Below, piece after piece: positions 37,213-47,221 of a DNA stretch of 64,000 nucleotides. The notes below the pieces were generated by a model that saw nothing but the letters and a program-made list of their open reading frames with translations, was not told where the DNA came from and ran no database searches. The DNA is from Tubulanus polymorphus (taxonomy: Eukaryota > Animalia > Nemertea), in NCBI RefSeq assembly GCF_964204645.1, contig NC_134034.1, positions 4,562,914 to 4,626,913 of the forward strand, written 5' to 3'. Each line of letters begins with the position of its first letter. The stretch's first letter is position 1. The position numbers and the translations under genes are program-made.

Positions 37213-38459
37213 ACGAGTGGGAGTTATATAAGTCCTTCTAAGATTTCTAGAATATCTAATGCTATTAAAGCAGAAAGATCACATCATATAATTACTCATT
37301 ACCCTTCAAATATTAATCCCGATGAAACTTTATACGTTAGAATCCCTCGATTAACACAAAATACTTTTTATGTCCCAAATAGTATTTATTTATCAGCTGA
37401 TATAAAAGTAATTGGTCATGATAATAATTATGTTGTTGATAATGTTGGGAGATATTTGATTAAAAAATTAACTATAAAGATTGGTCCAGAAACAGTTTTC
37501 TCATCATTGATTATAATTTATTTATGCATTATAAAGATTTATGGTTAACTAAAGAAAATAGAAATAATATGATATTTCAGGGTATTCAATCGGAAAACCA
37601 TAATAAATTAAGATCTGAAGCCAATAATGCAGTAGTAACTAATGCTGTAGATAATTTGATTAAAAAGATTTATCGAAGCAAATATAAAATTCCATTAGAC
37701 TTTGAATTGATAAATAATAATGCACCTTTATATAAATACGCAATTCAAGAAGATATTATATTTGAGATAACATTTGCTCCTGTAAATGAAATTGTATTAT
37801 CTAGCGTTGTTAAAGATATGGGTTATAAATTATCAAATATATGTTTAGAATATGACACAGTAACTAATGAAAATATTGCTAGCACAATTCAAACTCAATA
37901 CAATCAAGGAGTTTCATTATTATATGATTATATTGATAAATTTAAAACTGTAACTATTAATGCAAATGATGAAATAATTAATGAGAATATTAACTTCCCA
38001 AGAAGATCTATTAAAGGTATATTAATATTTTTTACCATTGCAACATATTCTAATGGCGCAATAAAGGTAGATAATTATTATAATCCTGAAATAACAAAAG
38101 TAGAAATAACTATCGAAGGAATAGCAAATAAAATATTTTGTCAAGGAATGAGAATGATTGATCAGTGGCCAGAAATTAGAAAACATTTTATGAATGAAAA
38201 AATAAAATCATTTGAAAATTGTAATATTAATCAAATTGATTATTATACCGGTAATAAATATGCATTATGGTTAGATTTTAGAAGAACAGAGGATAATTCA
38301 TTGCATGGTTCTGGGAAAAAACTACAGAACACTAAAGATGGAATACAATTATTTATGAAAAAGAAAAAAGGAAGCTTAAATTTCAAAATGCATATTTATA
38401 TTATATCTGATGCGCAATTAAATATTGTAAATTCACAATTAGATAGTATTCAATATTAG
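37213..38459 (+). pseudogene. Major capsid protein (double jelly-roll, inferred); start ATG>ACG and one frameshift
   Basis: About 415 codons, beta-strand-rich; PSNINPDETLYVRIPRL, NVGRYLIKKL, LEYD, PRRSIKGIL, ALWLDFR. Lies directly upstream of integrase and ATPase. Copy 2 has ATG. Confidence 0.75.
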
Positions 38460-38489
38460 AAATATAAAGTTAATATTAAGGATATATAA

Positions 38490-39617
38490 ATGGGAGGTAA
38501 AAAAACTCCTAATACTAAAGAACAATATTTAAGAAATTTATATTACAACCCTGAGAGTTCGGTTGCTTATTCTTCTACTAAAAATATATGGCGTCAAGTA
38601 AAACAAGATAAATTAGATAAGATAATTCCACACAATTTAGTTAAATATAAAGATATAAATGAATTTATGTTAGAACAACCAACATACACAACACATAAAA
38701 AAATTGTTAGAACATATAAAACTCGTAAAACTATGGTAAGTTATGTAGATCAACAGTGGCAAGGAGATTTAATTGATATGAAAAATGTTAAGAAAGATAA
38801 TGATGATTATTGGTGGTTATTGAATATATTTGATATTTTTAGTCGTTATGTATGGAGTTTCCCACTTTATAGAAAAGATGCTGTACAAACATCAAATGTT
38901 TTAAGAAAATTTCTTTCGGATGATAAACTAAAACCAGAAAAAATACAATTTGATGATGGAAAAGAGTTTGATAATTCACTTGTTCATGAACTCTTAGATA
39001 ATCATAATATTAATTATTTTTCAACAAAATCGGATAAAAAAGCAGCAGTTGTTGAACGATTTAATAGAACATTAAGAACAAGAATGTGGAAATATTTTAC
39101 AGCAAATAATACTTTTAAATGGATTGATGTTTTACCAAAATTGATAGAAGGATATAATAATTCTTATCATTCTTCTATTGGAATGAAACCTATTGATGCT
39201 AGAAAACCTGAAAATGCTGAAATTGTTTGGAATAATTTATATGGAGCATTTCTTGTAGATGATTTTGGTGAACGTAAATTTAAAGTTGGTCAAAATGTTA
39301 GAATTTCTAAGTATAAAAAGATATTTGACAAAGGATACGATCGAAATTTTACTAGGGAAATATATAAAATAAAAAAGGTAATAACAACAAAACCATATGT
39401 CTATAAATTAGAAGATTTAGATGGTGAAGAAGTTGATGGTTACTTTTACGAAGAAGAATTAAGTTTAACTACTGAAAATCTAGAACAAGAATATAAAATT
39501 GAAAAAGTATTAAAAACAAAAACTATTAAAAGAAAAAAATATTCTTTAGTAAAATGGGTTGGATGGCCAGATAAATTCAATGAATGGATATTATCAAGTA
39601 AAATTAAAACTATATAA
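38490..39617 (+). CDS. int: Retroviral-type (rve, DDE) integrase with C-terminal chromodomain
   Basis: QWQGDLIDM, QFDDGKEF, VVERFNRTL, YNNSYHSSIGMKP, KFKVGQNVRISK; chromodomain YKIEKVLK...LVKWVGWPDKFNEWI. Intact. Confidence 0.95.
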   Translation: MGGKKTPNTKEQYLRNLYYNPESSVAYSSTKNIWRQVKQDKLDKIIPHNLVKYKDINEFMLEQPTYTTHKKIVRTYKTRKTMVSYVDQQWQGDLIDMKNVKKDNDDYWWLLNIFDIFSRYVWSFPLYRKDAVQTSNVLRKFLSDDKLKPEKIQFDDGKEFDNSLVHELLDNHNINYFSTKSDKKAAVVERFNRTLRTRMWKYFTANNTFKWIDVLPKLIEGYNNSYHSSIGMKPIDARKPENAEIVWNNLYGAFLVDDFGERKFKVGQNVRISKYKKIFDKGYDRNFTREIYKIKKVITTKPYVYKLEDLDGEEVDGYFYEEELSLTTENLEQEYKIEKVLKTKTIKRKKYSLVKWVGWPDKFNEWILSSKIKTI

Positions 39618-40226
39618 ATGAATAAGGAATTATTTATATTTGAGCCTCATAATATGTTAATATCTGGTGTAACAAATTGTGGAAAAACTTATTTTATATT
39701 AAATTTATTAGAAACTGTTTATGAAAACTATTTTGATAATATAGTATTATTTTGTCCAACATATGAATTTAATCAAACTTATGATAGAAATATTACTAGA
39801 AATAATAAATTTATTATATTAGATCCTAAAACAGTAAAAGAAAATTTAGATAATTGTATTAAAATAGCAATTGATATTTATAAAGGATCAAATACATTAT
39901 TCATTATAGATGATTGTGCTAATCTACATGATTCAAAAGTTAGAGAAAGTGAGTTATGTTATTTAGCTTTCGCTGGGAGACATTTCGGGATAACAACATG
40001 GGTTTTAAATCAAAAATATAATTCAATTGTTAAAGACTTTAGAGAAAACATTAGATTTCTAGTTTTATTCTACAACAAAGATAGAAAATCGATGAAAAAT
40101 GCACTTGAGGAAAATGATATCATTCCACGTGATTTACATAATGAATATATGGATAAGTTGAAAAATATTAAAAGATCAAAATTACTATTTAGATTACAAC
40201 TCCCATTTAAATATGAATTTATTTAA
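39618..40226 (+). CDS. A32/FtsK-HerA-like genome packaging ATPase
   Basis: Walker A SGVTNCGKT, Walker B FIIDD, GRH motif, Q and R-x-N motifs. Intact. Confidence 0.92.
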   Translation: MNKELFIFEPHNMLISGVTNCGKTYFILNLLETVYENYFDNIVLFCPTYEFNQTYDRNITRNNKFIILDPKTVKENLDNCIKIAIDIYKGSNTLFIIDDCANLHDSKVRESELCYLAFAGRHFGITTWVLNQKYNSIVKDFRENIRFLVLFYNKDRKSMKNALEENDIIPRDLHNEYMDKLKNIKRSKLLFRLQLPFKYEFI

Positions 40227-40227
40227 A

Positions 40228-40490
40228 TTCAATTAGTTTGTTAATCTAGTTGAATTCTAGTTATTGGTAGTTGTAACAAAAATCAAATAGATTTAACAAT
40301 ATTTTAACTAGCTTGTTAATCTAGTTTAATTCTAGTTACATTCTAGTTGAATTCTAGTTGTTAGTAGTTGAAACAAAAATCAACTAGAATGTAACAAGAA
40401 ATAAACAAAAACAACAATATTTCAACTAGCTTGTTAATCTAGTTGAATTCTAGTTACATTCTAGTTGAATTCTAGTTGCAACATCACAAC
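40228..40490. repeat. Internal array of ~11-bp TTCTAGTTGAA-like units in direct and inverted orientation
   Basis: Repeated ctagttgaattctagtt / aactag; conserved in copy 2 at about 48760-49045. Confidence 0.8.
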
Positions 40491-40507
40491 TAATTTTTTT
40501 GTTATAA

Positions 40508-41045
40508 ATGGTAGGTGAAAAGAAAATAAAATCTAAAAATGGTGATGTTCCAATTGAAAAAACTTTAAATGATTTAGGAATAACAGAAAACAAATTAATT
40601 CCAGATGATGGTGCTTTTAATAATGTTACAACAAATAATAATTATGAATATTATCTTTATTGTAAACATCAATTAGAAATATTAATAGCATCTGGAAAAT
40701 TTAAAAATTTTGTCGGTAAAAATTTAACTTATAATGAATTAGATACAATGAAATCAGATGAAATTATTAGATTATTTAAGATTTATGAAGCCAGCTAGAA
40801 TTAATGACGCGATATCAGAAAATGTAGTAAAAGGTTATAGTAAATTATGTAATTATATACTACCAATTGAAGATGAAAATAGATTATATTCAGATTTAAA
40901 AAATGATTATTTAGTTATGACTGAATTAAATAAATGGATTGGATATTTATCATTTCAATTAGGCGGATTTATGACATTATTATCAACTGGGGTTATAACA
41001 TTTTCAAATATTGAAAGTAAAAATATTTCTATAATAAATGAGTGA
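40508..41045 (+). pseudogene. Polinton hypothetical protein (frameshift near 40790)
   Basis: ORFs 40508-40798 and 40758-41045; copy 2 reads YETARTAR across the junction. Confidence 0.7.
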
Positions 41046-41391
41046 GGTGGAAGAAGTGAAGAAAAAACCGAGATCACAGAAACAAATTGAATGGTCTCGG
41101 CAATTAGGAATTAAATCACAAGAATATAAAAAAGCTGTAAAAGAAAAAATAAGTAATAAAAATGTTAATAAAAATGGTGAAAATATTGTTATTTCTAATC
41201 CTTCTAATGATAGAATATTTGATAAATGTCTATATTTTACAGTTGGATTTGTAATTGTATTCATTTTGATTGGGTGTAATTGGTATAAGAAATCAAATAA
41301 AATTCATGATATTTATAATTCTGAAACAACTGCTATCAAAAATGAAAATACTTCTGAAATTCCAAAATTGACAATAAAAAAAATTGATTAA
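41038..41391 (+). CDS. Small single-TM protein with basic N-terminus
   Basis: KKKPRSQKQIEW and LYFTVGFVIVFILIG; ATAAATG start. Confidence 0.7.
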   Translation: MSEVEEVKKKPRSQKQIEWSRQLGIKSQEYKKAVKEKISNKNVNKNGENIVISNPSNDRIFDKCLYFTVGFVIVFILIGCNWYKKSNKIHDIYNSETTAIKNENTSEIPKLTIKKID

Positions 41392-41640
41392 TATTTTAGA
41401 AAAAAAGCAAAAAAATAATTGAATATCACCATGTGGGTGCCGTACGGCACCATCTCACTACTTTTGTCTATCACTGTGTGGGTGCAGTTTATGGCACCAT
41501 CTATGCGGAGCAATTAAATTGTCCAGATAAATCATTTCGGATTCTTGATATTCATTATTTTTATTAACTTATTTTTTTTAATTTAATCAACAATTTCTAA
41601 ATCATGATGTCCATCTTCATTTTTTCCATGATAGATTATT

Positions 41641-41910
41641 TTAAATCCTTCTAAATTTTTTTAATTCCTCTGTACTCAATGAAACCCATTTATCAGGTAA
41701 AAATACTTTAAATTCTCGCGATGTACTAACATTACAGTAGCTTAAATTCGCTGATACTTTCTCTCCATATTTAGTTTTTATCTTTTCTAATTTCAATATT
41801 TTATGTTCAATTTCTTTTGTAACATCAATTAACTTTTTTATTTCAAATTGTTTTTTTGCTGGTTTTATTCTGTTATTTATTGTTGCTAAGAATGCTTTTC
41901 TATCTCCCAT
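41641..41910 (-). CDS. Small terminal protein transcribed inward from the right TIR (TKYG...VFLP motif)
   Basis: 89-aa ORF whose ATAAATG start abuts the TIR. Confidence 0.6.
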   Translation of the reverse strand: MGDRKAFLATINNRIKPAKKQFEIKKLIDVTKEIEHKILKLEKIKTKYGEKVSANLSYCNVSTSREFKVFLPDKWVSLSTEELKKFRRI

Positions 41911-41977
41911 TTATAGGGAAAACAAATTACTTGTGGTGATGAGTGGTGTCTCGCCCTCTCGCCCTCTGATCTGAAAC
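41906..41977 (-). repeat. Right terminal inverted repeat of copy 1 (extra 8-bp tcgccctc unit)
   Basis: Reverse complement of 23530-23593. Confidence 0.9.
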
Positions 41978-42210
41978 CCCACTTTTACAATTACTATCAG
42001 CGATGAATCGTGACGAATTGTAAGAAGGATTACGATGAGCTCCACCACTACCACCATTCATCAAAACGTTCATAACGACATAATGGAAAACTAACAACTA
42101 CAAGGATACAGATCTATGAGGAACGGTTTGCAAGACAGAGGTTAGAAAAAATGAAATATGTTTTTGTTTTATTGCAATAAGACTTTTTTTATTCGCGTAT
42201 TTTAAACGTA

Positions 42211-42420
42211 TTAGAAATATTCATTTACAAATTCGTAACGTGTATCATTGTCACATCTCGTAAGGATTTTACTTAAAAAGATCTCGAGTATTCGTTCATT
42301 CGATGCGATGGTTTTATTTCGCAGAAATATTTTTCGCGTCGGATGATGTAGTTCATATTTCGTACAACTTTGCCAGCGCTCCCATAACCCCGGTTTTCGG
42401 GGTGTATAATACTGCATTTT
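42211..42420 (-). pseudogene. Integrase remnant of a second Polinton lineage
   Basis: YYTPRKP...YELHHPTRKIFLRNKTI...DTRYEFVN resembles the N-terminus and second Asp region of Polinton integrases (compare the 38490 ORF). Confidence 0.6.
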
Positions 42421-42567
42421 TAGAAACTCTACAGAATTCATCGATACGAATAACCTCTCCAATACAACAATTGGCGACGGCAGGCCGCAACAAGACATTG
42501 AACGTTTGAAATTAAAATAGAATAAAAGAAGGATTTCACGAGATATATAATAATATACTTTAATATA

Positions 42568-43081
42568 TTATTTTTTACAACATTCGTTCACGTATTTTAT
42601 TAGAATCTGGTAGACGCTATTCATGTCGGTTGTGGATCTAGCACCCACTACGATAACGGTACAGACTCGGTGAATGAGGCATTTGACCGTGATATAATAT
42701 TCGCAAACAAGGCCCGGGAAAATCTCTGGTCCATACTGACAGTTCTCGTTTTTTCGGCTTAACTCGATTAGATCGATCGTTCTTAAGGTTTTAGCAATGC
42801 CGGTCATAGTCTGAACTTTGAAATTGTTAAAACGTACTGCTTAAACCTAAACGCTGTATTTTCCTGGCAAATCGTCGATAAATCGTCATTGCTCCGTCGA
42901 TAGACACACAAATCTACCGGTTTAAAACAATAAAAAGGTCTCGGATATTTTTCGACTTTTCACTATCAGAGCGCTAAAACTTTTACGATTGTAAATTACG
43001 TCGTGTTATCATCGAGCCATCTTAGTTAAATCGATTGCACAATTCATTTCAGCGGTAACCAAAACGTTAAAGTTTTGTCAT
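42568..43081 (-). pseudogene. Intronless TATA-box-binding-protein-like gene in a Polinton remnant
   Basis: Repeat 1: NVLVTAEMNCAIDL...YNRKSFSALIVKSRKISETFLLF*TGRFVC; linker RRFARKIQRLG. Repeat 2: FNNFKVQTMTG...IDL...QYGPEIFPGLV...VKCLIH..TVIVVGARS. Confidence 0.8.
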
Positions 43082-44160
43082 ACAGCATTTTCGTTTACAA
43101 TTTTAGATCTGAGAATAATATAGCCAGAAATTCAAAGCGACCGGTATCCGTTACAATTACAATTGACGACCGAGAAAGAAATGACAAATGCGTAGACGCG
43201 CTACACATCATTCGTCGCACATTCGAAAACGTTCTCGGCGGTATCAGTGACCGACTTGACGTGAACTCTCGTGATTGTACCCGTATATCAATACATCAAC
43301 CGTCATTGGCCATCAATATCAATCTATGTTTTATGCCGTACGAACGATAGACTGTTGATTTTCTGTTGACTATTACTATTATTATTATTATTATTATTAT
43401 TATTGTTTTTATTATTATTATAATAATTATTATTACCATTATTATAATTACTTTATTATTATTATTATTATTATTGATTAGCATTATTATTATCAATAGC
43501 ATTATTTACATAAGTATAACTGCACATTCCCCTGCACTCTGCACAAGGTTCCAGTGCCTTAATTTTAAGTACAACCTGTTGGCTTGCACTGGATACCTCG
43601 TAACCGTACTATGTTATTTGGTAAAAGTATTTTGCGGCTGATCGCAAGACGAATAACCATTAATCGGTGGATCTCGCTACCGATTTCAAATCAAAAAAGA
43701 CCAATTCAACGTTTAACAAGACGACGACAGTTTTTTGATTTTGAAACGGACTCCTCCTCGCCCCCGTACACACCGTGGCATATCCTGAAGCGGATCGTAG
43801 ATGGCTTTTTACAGACACGCATCGCGGGGCAACCGTATTTGCCCATAACTTTAAGGCGTTCGACGGTATTTTCGTTTAAAAATACCTGGTCAAGTTTGGA
43901 ATAATCCCGTCGATTAAACCGGTCGGTGGTAAGATTCTCTCGATGAAAGTCGAGCATCTCGAGATGACATTGTTGGATTCGTTTAGTTGCTTGCCGATGA
44001 AACTGGCGAAATTACCGAAGACGCTCGTCTTCGAAGAATTAAAGAAGGGCTACTTCCCTTACATTTTTGAAGACCAGAAAACATTGACTACGACGGACCG
44101 TTACCGGACGCGTGGTTCTATAACCCGGACAGTTTTACGGCGAAGTATCTAGAAAACGCT
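43075..44160 (+). pseudogene. polB: Degraded pPolB of a second Polinton lineage
   Basis: RISIHQPSL..NLCFMP; FFDFETD (ExoI); AHNFKAFDG (ExoII); LLDSFSCLPMKLAKLPKT..ELKKGYFPY. These signatures differ from the copy 1/2 polymerase. Confidence 0.8.
43369..43506. repeat. Imperfect (ATT)n microsatellite
   Basis: Seen directly; possibly the tail of a short retroposed insert at 43506-43620. Confidence 0.95.
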
Positions 44161-44199
44161 GGATAACGTTTTCGAACGGATACGGATCTCAACACATTG

Positions 44200-44705
44200 T
44201 TTCATTAGGATTATATCTTTAAATTCATTATCTAAGTCACATTGAATTGCAAAATCTTTAAAATTTCAATATATCACATTGAATTCCAATACATGCATTT
44301 GATTTATTACTATTAAAGATACTTTGTTTATTATCAAAATTAAAATAATTTAATAGTGGATTTTTAATTCTCAAGGTTCACAAATGATTAGCCTTTGAAA
44401 GTATTATATCACTTCGTTAAAATGAATTTTAAGAATAATTGTTATGGTTACATCTAATTTAGCTTCATTATTTAACACTGTGAAAATATTTTAGGATTTT
44501 CAACACCATTATCTAAAGTATCTATTAGTCCAATAATTAAATATGTTTCATTTAATAGTATTTGATTGATTATAGTGATATTATCAATATCATATTGTCT
44601 TCCATACACAAATTTTTATGCTGAGAAATCATTTTTAATGTTGAATAGTGAAAATAAGTTATTAGTTCCTTTTATTTCAAATTTGAATTCGGTTTCTTCT
44701 TTCAT
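44200..44705 (-). pseudogene. Decayed inverted paralog of the 46134-46799 ORF
   Basis: Minus strand MKEETEFKFEIKGTNNLFSLFNIKN vs MKTEEEEPNFKIEINETNKSFSQFYIKN; shared ttagatactttagataatgg and gcaattcaatgtgacttagataatga segments. Confidence 0.7.
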
Positions 44706-45556
44706 CTATATATAGCAAAATTTTCATTAAATTGATTTTCAAGATTATTTATATTTTAAAATCTAAATTATTTTACTCACACTTTAATATCTTAAAAATC
44801 TAAATTCTTTTACTCACACTTCACTAACACTTTGTATTTTAGAAACTATTGATATATCTAGCGATGAGAGGGACGACTAAGAAAGTGAGACTTCTTTAAG
44901 AATAATATAAGAATTCTTAGTTCCTTAATAATTTTGATAATTTCCTTTAATAATGCTTTAAGAATTCTTGGATGATAAAATTAAAATACGAACAATATTA
45001 TAACTAATTTATTTTTTCTAAATCAATTATCATTATATATTTCATACAATATTTTATCATTTTTATATATTTCACAGATCATTGTATTATCTTTTACTAT
45101 TCTTTAAATAAAAAGTATGAAAAATCTATTTTCATCAATCGTTAATTACCGGTTACTTTTTATCAATTATTTTACATATTTTGTTTTTCAAATTCTATAA
45201 CATGATGTCATTTTTAATCTTTACCTTTATAGATAATATAAAAGATACCTGATCATCATTTAAAACATCATATCTTCAATTAATTCTATTAAATCCATCT
45301 GGTAGATATGTTCCAAATTTATAATTATACATTAAACCTTCATATTCCGAATGTGTAAATTTATTTCCATATTTTGTTGTAATAATTTCAATATCTGTGA
45401 TTAAATATCTTTTTATTCAATGGGTATTTACTTAACTTTATATCAATATAATACTAATGGATAGCCCGTGAAGACCACCATTTTTCAACGTAGAACTTCC
45501 TACCCATTAGTTCATTGCATACGAATTGAGTAGGAGCATTTTAAAGTGGCCTATTA

Positions 45557-45745
45557 GGCCTATGTGGTGTAATCACCCGTGTCCAAAGAGACCATATGGG
45601 ATCTCGGGTCCGAGTTCACATGTGCCCGAAAAAACTGGGGCCCCTAATCACATACTGAAAATTTCTCCTTCCCATGGAGGCCAGTAATAGGGGTAATAGG
45701 CTTTCAGGCCAAAGGTCGAACGGTCGAGCTCATTAAAAAACAAAA
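45557..45745 (+). mobile_element. Possible tRNA-derived SINE
   Basis: GC-richer island with weak A-box (tggtgtaatc) and B-box (ggtccgagttc) and an A-rich tail. Confidence 0.25.
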
Positions 45746-45850
45746 CATTAAAATAATAATAATTTCTACTTGAATTAGTCGGGAAACTCATAAAAAATGA
45801 AAAATAATTCTCACACACTCGAATTTATTTTTCATTTTCTACTCGCTAGA

Positions 45851-46060
45851 AAAAGTGTGAGTAAAGTGTGAGTGAAATAATTCATATTTTAACAGATTTC
45901 GAGTAAAAATATAAGTAAAATAAATGGATAACTAAAAGAATATAAAAGTGTGAGTAAAGTGTGAGTGAAATAGTTTATATTTTAAACATATTTCAATATT
46001 TATATTTGTATGAGTTAGATTTTTAAACATTAAAAGTGTGAGTAAAGTGTGAGTGAAATA
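45851..46060 (+). repeat. Three spaced 29-bp direct repeats aaaagtgtgagtaaagtgtgagtgaaata
   Basis: Copies at 45851, 45944 and 46032; inverted partial copies (tttactcacactt) at about 44772 and 44809. Confidence 0.85.
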
Positions 46061-46133
46061 ATTCATATTTAAAACATTGAATATTTATATTTATATGTGT
46101 TGGATTCATTTTAATAAAAGTTTTGTTATTAAA

Positions 46134-46799
46134 ATGAAGACAGAAGAAGAAGAACCCAACTTTAAAATCGAAATCAATGAAACCAATAAATCATTTTCAC
46201 AGTTTTACATTAAAAATTATATTTCAGCAACAAATTTAGTGTCCGCAAGACATTATAAAATCGATAATATTACTATGATTAATCAAATATTATCAAATGA
46301 AACATATTTAATTATTGAACTAGTAGATACTTTTGATAATGGCGTTAATAATCCTAAATTGTTCAATACAGTTTTTAATTTTAAAGGAACTTTAGATGAA
46401 AACATCATTAATATTCTTAAAACTCCTTTCAATGAAAGAAATGATGATATAATACTTTCAAAAGATTACAATGATTTGATTGACTTAAGAATTGAAAGAA
46501 GACAATTATATTATTTCAATTTTGATAATAAACAAATTATCTATAATGAAAATTCATCAAATATTGGAATTCAATGTGAATTAGATAATGAAAAATCATA
46601 TAAAGATATTGCAGTTCAATGTAATTTAGATGATGAATTTAGAAAATTCAATCCTTATGAAAAAGTGCATTGTTATTGCGGAGGTAAATATTTAAAATCA
46701 CATAAATCAAAAAATTATGAAACAATTAAAGGAGTTAGTTTAACAATACCTTTTTTTCTTTACCGAATTAACCGTGTATTTACTAAGATAAATCTTTAG
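46134..46799 (+). CDS. AT-rich virus-like hypothetical protein with a C-terminal CxCG finger remnant
   Basis: Open frame 46077-46799 with likely ATG at 46134; repeated IQC(E/N)LD; HCYCGGKY..SHKSK. Confidence 0.5.
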   Translation: MKTEEEEPNFKIEINETNKSFSQFYIKNYISATNLVSARHYKIDNITMINQILSNETYLIIELVDTFDNGVNNPKLFNTVFNFKGTLDENIINILKTPFNERNDDIILSKDYNDLIDLRIERRQLYYFNFDNKQIIYNENSSNIGIQCELDNEKSYKDIAVQCNLDDEFRKFNPYEKVHCYCGGKYLKSHKSKNYETIKGVSLTIPFFLYRINRVFTKINL

Positions 46800-47221
46800 T
46801 GTACCGGGGAATCGTAGGCCTAAACTAAACAGGCCGTAGAGATATGGCGGAGAAAAGCTGTTATGTCGACGAGGTATCAAAATAAAAGAATATATTACTT
46901 TATTCGCGGGCTTCAACCATTTATCAATACTCTATATTTCCTACAGTACATACCGATCATTGTCAAATGCACAAGGTATTTACTAAATACAAGTATATAA
47001 CACACTCCTATCCGTATGCTGGACTCACACTTGACATTCGGAGTAAGCGTTCGCTCTGGGGGAAAGGAGATCGTTCGCTGTGTCGCTTGAAGTGTTTATC
47101 GAGTTTTACGCGACCTTAAGGCTTTAGTATGGTGGCTGATAAGATAAAAAAACATGAATATGCAAATGAGGGCGACATTACGACAAAACGACAAAACTAA
47201 AATAACGCGAGAAAACAATGA

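Larger units (their letters stand above)
23530..41977 (+). mobile_element. Polinton/Maverick (polintovirus/adintovirus-like) endogenous element, copy 1: 18.4 kb including a 2.16-kb nested transposon
   Basis: Bounded by inverted repeats. Encodes pPolB, rve integrase, A32-like ATPase, and major and minor capsid-like genes. Intronless, compact and very AT-rich. Confidence 0.95.

Noticed and set aside
43296-43641. Poly-Ile/Asn membrane proteins
   Set aside because: Translations of the (ATT)n microsatellite.
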